Assembly (NCBI GenBank): GCA_050746125.1
Contig: JBOGKX010000012.1
Coordinates: forward strand, 28,575 to 92,574
Direction of reading: 5' to 3'
From: Terriglobales bacterium
GTDB taxonomy: Bacteria; Acidobacteriota; Terriglobia; Terriglobales; SCQP01
Length of the DNA stretch: 64,000 nucleotides
The notes under the pieces were generated by a model, which saw nothing but the letters and a program-made list of their open reading frames with translations, did no database searches and was not told where the DNA came from. Of this stretch, positions 1 to 9,139 are shown one piece after another (the stretch's first letter is position 1; the number at the start of each line of letters is the position of its first letter). The translations under genes and the position numbers were made by a program.

Positions 1-1507
1 GGATATCGTCGAACCCTTGCGCGTATTGGGAGGGGTGCTGGTAGGTGGCCGGCGAGTGCAGGCGTGCCAAGTTGAAGACCAGCAGATCGGCGTAGTCGCC
101 GACGCGAATCTCGCCGCGATCGCGAAGTCCAGCGATGGCGGCGGGCAGGCTGGTGGCGGCGCGCACGGCGAAGGGCAGCGTGATCACGTGCTCGGCCTCG
201 ACGTAGCGCTGAATCTTTTCTACAAACGTGCCGAAACTGCGCGGATGGGTGAGCATGCCGGGCAGCGCGCTCTCGCCGTCGGAGGCGGTAGCCACCCAAT
301 CCTGGCGCATGAAGGTGCGCACGTCTTTTTGGGTCATGTTGTGAGAGATCACCTGCGTTTCGCCCCCGCGAACGACGCGCAGCACGGCGGCGGCGGGGCT
401 GACGTGCCAGGCGGCGGCCAGCTGCGCCAGCGTCTTGCCTTGCAGGCTACGGTCGTGCGCGTAGCCAATCAGCATCAACGTGGGCGGGCCGCCCCGCTTG
501 CGAATCAGCGCCGGGATTTCCCGCAGCAGGCGGGCACGAGCGGCGGGGTCGGCGATGTTCTTGAGCAGGGCGGGACGGCCGCCGTTCTCGGCCCAGTTGG
601 GAATCACCGCCGCTTCGAAGCTGGTGACCGAGGCGGTATAGGGGTATTGATTGGCGACCACGTCGATGCCCTCGCCGCGCGCCGCGTCGATCATTTGGAC
701 GATCGCCGGCGATTCGCCCCAAACGTCCCGCCCCAGCGCCTTGATGTGCGAGATCTGCACTTCGAGATGCGCTTCCCGGCCGATCTCGATGGCTTCCGCC
801 ACCGCCGCCTTGAGGCCCACCGTATAGCTGTCTTCATCGCGCAGGTGGGTATCGTAGAAGCCACCGAATTGGCCGGCGACCTTGGCCAGGGCAACGACCT
901 CGTCGGTCTTGGAAAAGCTTTGCGGCGTGTAGAACAATCCGGTAGAGAGCCCGATCGCGCCCTCGCACATGGCCTGGCGCACCATGGCTTGCTCCTTTTC
1001 GAGCTCGGCCGGGGTAGGGGCGCGGTCGCCGAGGCCCATGGCGCGGGCGCGCACGGTGCCGAAGCCGACATAGAGGGCGGCATTGGTGCCGACGCCGCCG
1101 CGCTGCCATTGCTCGAGGCGGGCGCCGATTGGCCAGGGGGATTCGCCGTCGTTGCCGGTGGCCACGGTGGTGACGCCTTGCAGGAGGTAGTTGAGGTTTT
1201 CGCGCATGTCGGGGCGGGAAAGGCCGCCGGCGGTGTGCGTATGGAGATCGATGAAGCCGGGGGTGAGGTATTCGGCGCCTTTCAGGTCGATCGTCTGAGT
1301 GGCAGTGGCCCCGGCGCGGGCGGCGTCGCCGACGAAGGCGATGTGGTCGCGGGCGATGCCGACGTCGGCCAGGCGCCAAGGATTGCCGCTGCCATCGAGC
1401 AGGCGAGCGTGCAAGAAGAGCACGTCCAGATGGGGCGGATTTTGCGCCGCGCCCGCGCCAAAAGTGACCACGAAAATGCATGCGAGAACGGCGATGCGCT
1501 TATTCAC
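1..1507 (-). CDS. N-acyl-D-amino-acid deacylase (D-aminoacylase) family amidohydrolase with a signal peptide. Partial: the 3' end lies outside the window.
   Basis: My own translation of the reverse strand from the GTG at 1507 gives VNKRIAVLACIFVVTFGAGAAQ...PGFIDLHTHT...GLSTGLFYTP...ISHIKALG...THPRSFGTF. There are no stops down to position 1. It is absent from the ORF track because it runs off the edge. The 519-aa + strand ORF at 17-1576 is its shadow. Confidence 0.85.
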   Translation of the reverse strand, partial: MNKRIAVLACIFVVTFGAGAAQNPPHLDVLFLHARLLDGSGNPWRLADVGIARDHIAFVGDAARAGATATQTIDLKGAEYLTPGFIDLHTHTAGGLSRPDMRENLNYLLQGVTTVATGNDGESPWPIGARLEQWQRGGVGTNAALYVGFGTVRARAMGLGDRAPTPAELEKEQAMVRQAMCEGAIGLSTGLFYTPQSFSKTDEVVALAKVAGQFGGFYDTHLRDEDSYTVGLKAAVAEAIEIGREAHLEVQISHIKALGRDVWGESPAIVQMIDAARGEGIDVVANQYPYTASVTSFEAAVIPNWAENGGRPALLKNIADPAARARLLREIPALIRKRGGPPTLMLIGYAHDRSLQGKTLAQLAAAWHVSPAAAVLRVVRGGETQVISHNMTQKDVRTFMRQDWVATASDGESALPGMLTHPRSFGTFVEKIQRYVEAEHVITLPFAVRAATSLPAAIAGLRDRGEIRVGDYADLLVFNLARLHSPATYQHPSQYAQGFDDI

Positions 1508-1630
1508 GTTGTAGAGCGTAGCAGGAATGTAGAGAGCGCGGCATCCCGCGCGCTTGGCCAGTCAGGGCAAGAGTAAATTAGCGCCGTGGCTAAGTAGCAT
1601 TGGTCGTGGCGAGCGAGGTGCGGCGGGCCG

Positions 1631-2926
1631 CTATTGCGCCAGGGCGCGGTCGAGGCTGGTGTCCACGTGGCGCAGGTGGCGCTTAAGGTCGAAGGCGGCG
1701 GCGAGGGTGGCCGGGGCCACGCGGCCGGCGATCTCCGGATCGGCTTCGACTAATTTGCGGAAATTGCCGCCCGTGCGCCAAGCCTCCATGGCGTGGCGTT
1801 GGACGAGGCGGTAGGCGTCTTCGCGCGAAATGCCGGCCTCGGTTAGATCGAGCAGCAATTGGCCGGAAAAGATCAGGCCCTGGGTCATCTCCAGGTTGGC
1901 TTGCATGCGCTCGGGATAGACGACCAGGCGATCGAGCACGTCGGAGAGCTTGGCGGCCAGATAGTCCACGAGGATGCAGGAGTCGGGCAGGATCACGCGC
2001 TCGACGGAGCTGTGGCTGATGTCGCGCTCGTGCCATAGGGCGACATTCTCGAGTCCGGCTTGGGCGTTTGCGCGCACGACGCGAGCCAGGCCCGAGATTT
2101 GCTCGCTCACCACCGGGTTGCGCTTGTGCGGCATGGCCGACGAGCCCTTTTGCTTTTCCGCGAAGTACTCCTCGGCCTCGCGCACTTCGGTGCGTTGCAG
2201 GTGGCGCACCTCGACCGCCATCTTGTCGAAGCTGGAGGCGACCACCGCCAGCGTGCACAGAAACGCGGCATGGCGATCGCGCTGGATGATCTGCGAGGAG
2301 ATGGGCGCCGGTTCCAGTCCGAGGCGGGCGCAAATTTGGGCCTCGACTTCGGGGCCGAGGTGGGCATAAGTGCCGACCGCGCCGCTGATTTTTCCCACGC
2401 GCAAATCGTCGGCGGCGGCGGCCAGGCGGCGGCGGTTGCGCTGGTTTTCCGCATACCAGATGCCGAATTTGAGGCCGAGGGTGACGGGCTCGGCATGAAT
2501 GCCGTGGGTGCGGCCGACCATTACGGTATGGCGAAATTCCTGGGCGCGCCGCCTCAGCACCTCGGCCAAGTGCTCGAGATCGGCGCGCAGCAGCTCGGCG
2601 GCCTCGCGGATCAACAGCGCTTGCGCCGTGTCCACCACGTCGTTCGAGGTCAGCCCGTAATGCAGAAAGCGCGCCTCGGGGCCGACGTGCTCGGCCACGT
2701 TGGTGGTGAATGCGATTACGTCGTGGCGCACCTCCGCTTCAATGGCGCGGATGCGCTCGATATCGAAGGCGCCGCGCCGGCGGATGGCCTGGGCGGCGGC
2801 AGCCGGGATCATGCCCAATTCCGCCTCGACTTCGGCGGTGGCGATCTCGACCTCGAGCCACTTCTGGAAGCGATTTTGCTCGGACCAAATGCGGCCCATC
2901 TCCGGGCGTGTATAGCGGCCAATCAT
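1631..2926 (-). CDS. purB: Adenylosuccinate lyase
   Basis: 431 aa. N-terminus MIGRYTRPEMGRIWSEQNRFQKWLEVE and the SSAMPHKRNP signature are typical of PurB. Confidence 0.95.
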   Translation of the reverse strand: MIGRYTRPEMGRIWSEQNRFQKWLEVEIATAEVEAELGMIPAAAAQAIRRRGAFDIERIRAIEAEVRHDVIAFTTNVAEHVGPEARFLHYGLTSNDVVDTAQALLIREAAELLRADLEHLAEVLRRRAQEFRHTVMVGRTHGIHAEPVTLGLKFGIWYAENQRNRRRLAAAADDLRVGKISGAVGTYAHLGPEVEAQICARLGLEPAPISSQIIQRDRHAAFLCTLAVVASSFDKMAVEVRHLQRTEVREAEEYFAEKQKGSSAMPHKRNPVVSEQISGLARVVRANAQAGLENVALWHERDISHSSVERVILPDSCILVDYLAAKLSDVLDRLVVYPERMQANLEMTQGLIFSGQLLLDLTEAGISREDAYRLVQRHAMEAWRTGGNFRKLVEADPEIAGRVAPATLAAAFDLKRHLRHVDTSLDRALAQ

Positions 2927-3004
2927 GAAAACAGGGTACAGGGTTCATGAGCGGCGCGGGCGACCAAGGAACTCCCGCCAGCCGCGGAAGCGAGCGAAAC
3001 GCAA

Positions 3005-3949
3005 CTACGCCTTGGGGTGGGCGCGGTCGTAGACCTCCATGAGCTGGCGGATGTTGGTCTGCGTATAGCGCTGGGTGGTGGCCAGGCTCTTGTGGCCGAG
3101 CATCTCCTGGATGGCGCGCAAATCGGCGCCCTCGCCCAGCAGGTGGGAGGCGAAAGCGTGGCGAAACGAATGGGGGTGCAGGCCGGTATCGAGCCCGAAG
3201 CGTCGGGCGTAGGACTTCACCACCCGGCCGACGGAGCGAACGGTCAACCGGCCGCCGCGATGGTTGACGAACAGCGCCGGCGCGCGCCGCGCGTCGCGCT
3301 TCATCCGCGCCAGCAACTGGGCGCGGGCGGGCAGATACCCCTCCAGGGCGGCGCCCGCCTTGCCGCCGAAGGGCACGAGGCGCTCCTTGCGTCCCTTGCC
3401 GAGCACCCGCAGCGACTCGGTGCCGAAGTCGAGATCGGAGAGGTCCAATCCGGCCAACTCGCTGACCCGCAGGCCGCTGCCATAAAGCAGCTCTAAGATG
3501 GCTCGGTCGCGGGCGGCGAACGGCGTGGTTTCGGCGGGCAGCGCATCGAGTAGCTGATTGACTTGTTCGGCGGTGGGAATGTTGGGTAGCCGCCGCGGCA
3601 GCTTCGGGGACGAGACCAGGCGCGCGGGATTGTCGCGCACGCGGCCTTCGCGCACCAAGTAGCGATAGAAGGAGCGCAGGGTGGCGAGGCGGCGGGCGAG
3701 AGAGGTTTTTTGCAAGCCGCGGGCGTGCAGCGCGGCTAAAAATTGGCGAATGCGAATATGGTCGAGCGCGGCGGGATCGGTGGCGGCGCCAACAAACGCC
3801 GCGAACTGGCGCAAGTCTACGGCGTAATTGCGCACCGTATGCGGGCTGGCGTGGCGTTCGCCGCCCAAGTAGGCATGCAAAAAATTGTCGATTTCGGATT
3901 GCAGGGCGGCCATCGCCAAACGGGCGCCGGAGCAGTTACAAGGTAGCAC
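3005..3949 (-). CDS. xerC: Tyrosine recombinase, XerC/XerD type
   Basis: Phage-integrase fold with the C-terminal HSFRHAFASHLL...GHKSLATTQRYT motif. It sits immediately downstream of trmFO, as with trmFO-codV in Bacillus. The true start may be the internal MAALQSE. Confidence 0.85.
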   Translation of the reverse strand: MLPCNCSGARLAMAALQSEIDNFLHAYLGGERHASPHTVRNYAVDLRQFAAFVGAATDPAALDHIRIRQFLAALHARGLQKTSLARRLATLRSFYRYLVREGRVRDNPARLVSSPKLPRRLPNIPTAEQVNQLLDALPAETTPFAARDRAILELLYGSGLRVSELAGLDLSDLDFGTESLRVLGKGRKERLVPFGGKAGAALEGYLPARAQLLARMKRDARRAPALFVNHRGGRLTVRSVGRVVKSYARRFGLDTGLHPHSFRHAFASHLLGEGADLRAIQEMLGHKSLATTQRYTQTNIRQLMEVYDRAHPKA

Positions 3950-4000
3950 ACCTGGCCGCGGCGCGAACCTCGCCCGTCGTAACGGCGGGCGTGGCTGCGC

Positions 4001-5344
4001 CTAGCAAGGCGCCAGCGCGCCCCACCAATCTTCGAAGGCGGCCAGGGCGCGCGCGCACTGCCGGCGCCGGCGAGCGGCGCGGTCGGCGGGAGCTCCGTCG
4101 GCCGGCAGCGGCAGCAGGTCGAACGTGATGTTGGCGGGCGCGTAATCGGCGGGCGAACTGGCGCTGATGTAGTGAATCAGAGACCCCAGCGCGGTCTCAC
4201 GCGGCGGCGGCGGGCAGGGGCGTGGCACGGCGGCTTCGGCGGCGAACAGCCCGGCGAGGAGGCCGGTGGCGATGGCTTCGATATAGCCTTCGGTGCCGCA
4301 GAGTTGGCCGGCTATGAAGTAGGGACCGCGGCCGGCGGCCCGAGCGGGCCGCAGTTCGAGCGTGGGGGTGAGTAGCGCGGGAGCGTTCAGATAGGTATTG
4401 CGATGCACCTGGCCGAAGCGCAAGAAGCGGGCTTGTTCCAGACCGGGAATCAGCCGCAGCACGCGCGCCTGTTCGGCTTGGCGCAGATGGTTTTGGAATC
4501 CTACGAGATTGAAGGATTCGGCGCGCAGGCTCTCGCGGCGCAACTGCACGGCGGCATACGGAACGCGGCCGGTGCGCGGGTCGGCCAGGCCGACGGGCTT
4601 CATGGGGCCAAAGCGCAAAGTCTCAGGACCGCGCCGCGCCAGCTCCTCGAGCGGCAGGCAGGCACTGAAGAAGCGCGGCTCCTCGAAAGCGTGCAAGGGA
4701 TACGACTCGGCCTGGCGCAGCGCTTCGTAGAAGCATTCGAACTCGGCGCGATCGAGCGGGCAATTCCAATAGTCGTCGCCGCCCTTGCCGTAGCGGCTGG
4801 CGGCGAAGACGCGGGAGCGATCCACGCTGCCGGCTTCGACAATCGGACTGATGGCGTCATAAAAGTACAGCCCGGCGCCGCCAGTCAATTGTTCGAGCTG
4901 CGCCGTCAAGGGCGCGGAGGTCAGCGGGCCGGAGGCGATCACGGTCGGACCAGGCGGCAAAGCGCCGAGGTCGGCGATTTCCTGGCGGCAAATCTCGATT
5001 CCGGGCAGGGAGCGCAAGCCCGCCTCGACGGCTGTGGAAAAGCGCAACCGGTCCACGGTCAAGGCCTGGCCGCCGGGAATGGCGGTGCCGGCGGCGCAAT
5101 CGAGCAACAGCGAGCCGGCGGCGCGCAGTTCCCGCTTCAGCAGCCAAGGAGCGGAGTCCACCGCCTCGGACTTGAGCGAATTGGAGCAGACCAGTTCCGC
5201 CAGCCCGCCGGTGCGATGCGCCGGCGTCGAGACTTGCGGCCGCATCTCGTAAAGGCGCACGCGCAGACCGCGACGGGCGATTTGATAGGCGGCTTCGGGG
5301 CCGGCCAGACCGCCGCCGATGACGCTGATGAGGGGAGACGACAA
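4001..5344 (-). CDS. trmFO: Methylenetetrahydrofolate--tRNA-(uracil-5-)-methyltransferase
   Basis: 447 aa. FAD-binding VIGGGLAGPEAAYQIA and CSNSLKS motifs. Length and architecture fit TrmFO/Gid. Confidence 0.9.
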   Translation of the reverse strand: MSSPLISVIGGGLAGPEAAYQIARRGLRVRLYEMRPQVSTPAHRTGGLAELVCSNSLKSEAVDSAPWLLKRELRAAGSLLLDCAAGTAIPGGQALTVDRLRFSTAVEAGLRSLPGIEICRQEIADLGALPPGPTVIASGPLTSAPLTAQLEQLTGGAGLYFYDAISPIVEAGSVDRSRVFAASRYGKGGDDYWNCPLDRAEFECFYEALRQAESYPLHAFEEPRFFSACLPLEELARRGPETLRFGPMKPVGLADPRTGRVPYAAVQLRRESLRAESFNLVGFQNHLRQAEQARVLRLIPGLEQARFLRFGQVHRNTYLNAPALLTPTLELRPARAAGRGPYFIAGQLCGTEGYIEAIATGLLAGLFAAEAAVPRPCPPPPRETALGSLIHYISASSPADYAPANITFDLLPLPADGAPADRAARRRRQCARALAAFEDWWGALAPC

Positions 5345-5346
5345 CG

Positions 5347-5538
5347 CTAAGCGCCGCCGGTGCTGAAGCTCGGCTTGGCGGTGGAGAGCACTTTAAAAGT
5401 GAGCTCCTGCTCGCAGAAGTCGCACTCCATCACGTATTGGCGTTTGACCAATGCGGTCATCATTTCGTCTGGGCCGGGGTAGATGTTATAGACCCGCTTG
5501 CATTGCGGGCACTCGACCGCCAGGATGCTGCCGCTCAT
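5347..5538 (-). CDS. Small zinc-ribbon protein of unknown function (63 aa)
   Basis: Two CxxC pairs (CPQC ... CDFC). Its start overlaps the stop of the upstream sensor gene by 4 nt, and its stop lies 2 nt before the trmFO start. Confidence 0.55.
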   Translation of the reverse strand: MSGSILAVECPQCKRVYNIYPGPDEMMTALVKRQYVMECDFCEQELTFKVLSTAKPSFSTGGA

Positions 5539-8500
5539 GAGCCGATGTTACCAGAGGCGGCGCTGACCAAGGCAATGCCCTCTTCGTGTAGGGCGCGAAG
5601 GAAGACACGCACCAGCAACGGGTCGAATTGGCGTCCGGAGGATCGCTCGAGCTCCAATCCGGCTTCGGCAAAGGTGAGCGCCGGGCGATGGCCGGTGGAG
5701 GAGGTCATGGCGTCAAAAGCCTCGGCCAAGGCCAAAATGCGGCCCCCGAGCGGAATCTGGTCGCCGCGCAAGCCCCGCGGATAGCCGCTGCCGTCGAACC
5801 ATTCGTGATGGCTGGCGATGAGGGTGCCGACTTCCTCGCCGCCTCGCAGACCAGCGACCATCTCCGCGCCGGTGAGCGGATGGCTGCGAAGCATGGCCCA
5901 TTCGGCTGGGGTGAGATGCTGCTTGCGCAACAGTTCGCCGCCCATCGAGCTCTTGCCGATGTCATGCAAGCGGCCGGCGATGCGCAGGCGATCTTGCTCC
6001 TCCTCGTTCAACTTGAGGGACTGGGCCAGCAAGACGGAGTAACGGGAGACGCGTAGGCTGTGCTCGGAGCCCAACGAGTCTTTGCTGTCAATGGCCACCG
6101 TCAACGCGAAGAGGGCGGGCAGGGCGGCGGCAAAATTGGTCTGATCGGGATCGGTGGCGGTGGGCAGCGGCGCAGCCGGCGGCGGCATCATCGCCCCGCG
6201 GTCGCCGGCGGATATGACGCGGTCGCCGCCAGCGGCCTTGGAAGCGTACATGGCGACATCGGCGGCGCGCAGGACTTCTTCGGGAGTGGACCCGTGCTCG
6301 GGAAAAGACGCCAACCCGAAGCTGGCACGCAGCTGGCGCTCGCTGAGGGTGGCGTCGGTGGCGATCCAGACGCGCATGCGCTCGCACAAGGTGTGCGCCT
6401 TCTCGGCGTTGGCCTCCGGCATCAGGATCGTGAACTCGTCGCCGCCGTAGCGGGCCACGATGTTGCTGCCGCGCCCGCGCTGCTCGAGGATCCGGGCCAG
6501 CCGGGCGAGGGTGAGATCGCCTTCCAAGTGGCCGAGAGTATCGTTGATGCTTTTGAAGTTGTCGAGGTCCACCAGCACCACCGAAAAGGGCAGGCCGGAG
6601 CGGCTGGAGCGCTTCCATTCCGATTGCAGCGATTCCATGAAAAAGCGGCGCGTCTTCAGCCCGGTCAGGCTGTCGGTGATGGCTTGCTGCTGCATTTGTT
6701 GGAAGGTGAGCGAATTGTTGAGCGCCACCGCCAACTGATCGGCCAAGGTGCGCAGGATCGGCAGCTGCTCCTGTGAAAAGGCTTGCGCCTCGTCGCACTC
6801 CAGATTGAGAATGCCCAGCGTCTGGCCGCCATAGGTGATGGGAATCGCCAGCGCGGAACCGGAGTCGCCGTGCACGGGAATGGCCTGCGGATTTTGCCGC
6901 AGGTCGTTGACCAGCATCAACTGCCCGGTGCGAGCGGCGGCGCCGACGATGCCCACGCCCAGCGGGAGGCGCCGCAGGGTACTGCCGCCCGCCGTGTTTT
7001 TGCGCCCCGCCTCGGCCTTGAACTCCAGCTCCTTGCTCTGATAGTTGAGCACGCCGACGCCGATGCGGTCGAAGGGGAAGTGCTTCTGGATCTCTTGCGC
7101 CATCGCGGCCAGCATGGCGTCGGGATTGAGGGTGCTGATCGCCAGCTTGGCAATGTGGTTCAGGAATTCCAGCTGCTTGGCGTTGCGCTGCTCCTCCGCG
7201 AACAGGCGCGCGTTTTCGATGGCCACGGCCGCCTGGCCGGCGACGATCTCGAGGATGCGGAGATGGTCGTGGTCGTAAGCGCCGTTGCGTTCGTAGTTTT
7301 GCACCGCCATCACGCCCACCGAGCGGCCGTGAATGATGATGGGCACGCCCAGCCAGCTCTGGGCGTTGCGGCCGCTGCGCTCCAAACCGGTTTGGCGCGA
7401 GAACTCGGCCACGTCGCCATCCACCAGCAGCGGCTCGCCGCTGGCCAGCACATGCTCGGTGAGGGCGTTGCGGCGGGGCCGCGCTCGCTTGGGCAGAATG
7501 GCGCCGTCCTCGACTTCGAGCTCGAAGCGGATCTCGTCGCTGATTTCGTGCTGGAAGGCGACGTAGAAATTGCGCACGTCGATGAGCTTCTGCAATTCGG
7601 CGTGAATGAGGCGCAGCAAATTATCCAGGCTGAGCGAGGAACTGAGCGCGGTGCCGATATGGGTGAGGATCTCAAATTCCTCGCTGCGCCGCAGCGAGGC
7701 CTTGATCAGCGACAGGTTTTCGAGTGCTACGGCGGTTTGCGTGCTTAGCGCCAACAGGAAGCGCAACTCTCCGGGCAGGAAGCGGCGTTGGCCCATTTGG
7801 CCGAGCAGCAAAAGGCCGAAGGTCCGCTTGCGCGATTGCAGCGCTAGGCAGGTAAAGCCGCCATCGCCTTCGATCGACAAGTGCTGGCGCAGCTGATTGA
7901 AAAACGGCTCCGTCTCGAGGCCGGCGATGGGCGCAGTGGGGTGGCGCCAGCGGCCCACGACCAAACCGCCATAGCGGGGCAGCAATTGCACCAGGCGGGG
8001 GCCCGCGGTCTGGGCAAAAAACTGCCGGAAGTCGGAGGAAAATCCGCGGCTTAGCTCGATGGCGTCCGGCAAAAGCGGCGGCCCGGCCCATAGCGCCACA
8101 TGGCGCACTTGCACGATATTGCGCAACCGGTCCAGGAGGCTGTTGAGAACCTGCGGCAAGCCGCCGCTTTGCACGTGGCTGCCGCCGCTGAGGTTGAGCA
8201 TGGAGAGACCGAGCAGGTGCTCTTCCATCGCGCGGCGCTCTTCCTCGAAAATCACCGCGCCCATCGTTACCGCCAACAGCATCGGGGCGGGCACGGCGGC
8301 CAGAGCGGCGGCGGTATGGCCCACGGGAAAGCGGTAGAGCAGCCATTCGCTCACGCCCCATAACAGCAGTGCCAAAGACGCAAAGCGCCGCGCCCAGCAA
8401 CCCACCGGGCTCTGCAGTAGATAAAATGCCGCCACCGCGAACAGAAGCACGGCGATGGCCGGCGCCGCGAGCGCTGGATACGGAAAGGGGCGGAACCAGG

Positions 8501-8810
8501 CAACGTAGGCCCAGCCGACGCCCACGGTGGCAAGCCAAAGATAGTTGCGCCCCTGCACGGCAATTTGGCGCAGCTCGCGGGCGCTGAGCAGGAGCATCGC
8601 GGCGGCGGCGGTGAGCACCGCTGCCGCAACCCAGGCCAGGCCGGCGCGCGGCCAAAGCTGGCCGGCAGCCCTGAGGGCGGCATGCAACGTCAGCAGGGCC
8701 CAGAACCAGGTCCAGGCACGAACGTAACGCTCCGGGCGAACCCAGGTCAGGTAGCTGAACAGCAGCAGGACCAGGGCCGAAGCCACCACCGGAAGCGAGA
8801 CGATCCACAT
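5535..8810 (-). CDS. Membrane-bound multi-GAF sensor with GGDEF (diguanylate cyclase) and HD-GYP (c-di-GMP phosphodiesterase) domains
   Basis: 1091 aa. The N-terminal ~200 aa are hydrophobic with multiple TM segments. Repeated GAF-like blocks follow. RYGGDEFTILM is the GGDEF motif, and HDIGK ... HHEWFDGSGYPRGL is the HD-GYP motif. Confidence 0.85.
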   Translation of the reverse strand: MWIVSLPVVASALVLLLFSYLTWVRPERYVRAWTWFWALLTLHAALRAAGQLWPRAGLAWVAAAVLTAAAAMLLLSARELRQIAVQGRNYLWLATVGVGWAYVAWFRPFPYPALAAPAIAVLLFAVAAFYLLQSPVGCWARRFASLALLLWGVSEWLLYRFPVGHTAAALAAVPAPMLLAVTMGAVIFEEERRAMEEHLLGLSMLNLSGGSHVQSGGLPQVLNSLLDRLRNIVQVRHVALWAGPPLLPDAIELSRGFSSDFRQFFAQTAGPRLVQLLPRYGGLVVGRWRHPTAPIAGLETEPFFNQLRQHLSIEGDGGFTCLALQSRKRTFGLLLLGQMGQRRFLPGELRFLLALSTQTAVALENLSLIKASLRRSEEFEILTHIGTALSSSLSLDNLLRLIHAELQKLIDVRNFYVAFQHEISDEIRFELEVEDGAILPKRARPRRNALTEHVLASGEPLLVDGDVAEFSRQTGLERSGRNAQSWLGVPIIIHGRSVGVMAVQNYERNGAYDHDHLRILEIVAGQAAVAIENARLFAEEQRNAKQLEFLNHIAKLAISTLNPDAMLAAMAQEIQKHFPFDRIGVGVLNYQSKELEFKAEAGRKNTAGGSTLRRLPLGVGIVGAAARTGQLMLVNDLRQNPQAIPVHGDSGSALAIPITYGGQTLGILNLECDEAQAFSQEQLPILRTLADQLAVALNNSLTFQQMQQQAITDSLTGLKTRRFFMESLQSEWKRSSRSGLPFSVVLVDLDNFKSINDTLGHLEGDLTLARLARILEQRGRGSNIVARYGGDEFTILMPEANAEKAHTLCERMRVWIATDATLSERQLRASFGLASFPEHGSTPEEVLRAADVAMYASKAAGGDRVISAGDRGAMMPPPAAPLPTATDPDQTNFAAALPALFALTVAIDSKDSLGSEHSLRVSRYSVLLAQSLKLNEEEQDRLRIAGRLHDIGKSSMGGELLRKQHLTPAEWAMLRSHPLTGAEMVAGLRGGEEVGTLIASHHEWFDGSGYPRGLRGDQIPLGGRILALAEAFDAMTSSTGHRPALTFAEAGLELERSSGRQFDPLLVRVFLRALHEEGIALVSAASGNIGS

Positions 8811-9139
8811 GGCTATGCGGGCGGCCCCGGGGATAGCCGCACCACTCCAAAGTTATCGCGCCGAGAGCGCGCCAGCTGACTACCAACTATAGGCGATGCA
8901 AGAGTTTGCGGTAAAGGCAGTCGAAGTACAGGGAACCTGTCCGTCACCTGTCCACTCGCGTCGAAGCATGGAGGAAGTCCAGAAAATGCCTAGCGATACC
9001 GGGACACGCAGCAGCGGAGGGAATTGCTCGGGGGGCAACTTATGGCGAAGAGCCGCCTTCTCACCCAGTACGGGAAATTTACATTACCGAAGGGCCGGTG
9101 CGTTCCGCCCGGACTCTTCCACTTCAGAGGGGTTCAAAT

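Noticed and set aside
1535-1554. Short GC hairpin between purB and the amidohydrolase gene, considered as a terminator
   Set aside because: It is only a 6-bp stem with an 8-nt loop and no convincing U-tract.
17-1576. 519-aa + strand ORF, the longest ORF at the left edge
   Set aside because: Its sequence is low-complexity and Gly/Ala/Arg/Val-rich with no family resemblance. The opposite strand translates cleanly into a D-aminoacylase-family protein with canonical motifs. It is a GC-driven shadow ORF.
7672-8886. 404-aa minus-strand ORF overlapping the 5' part of the sensor gene
   Set aside because: It is an alternative frame of the GAF/TM region. Its Arg/Pro/Gly-rich product is implausible, and the sensor frame has coherent TM and GAF features.
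8960-8990. catggaggaagtccag, reminiscent of the RNase P RNA GAGGAAAGUCCGG box
   Set aside because: It is only a partial match, and none of the surrounding conserved RNase P helices or motifs are present.
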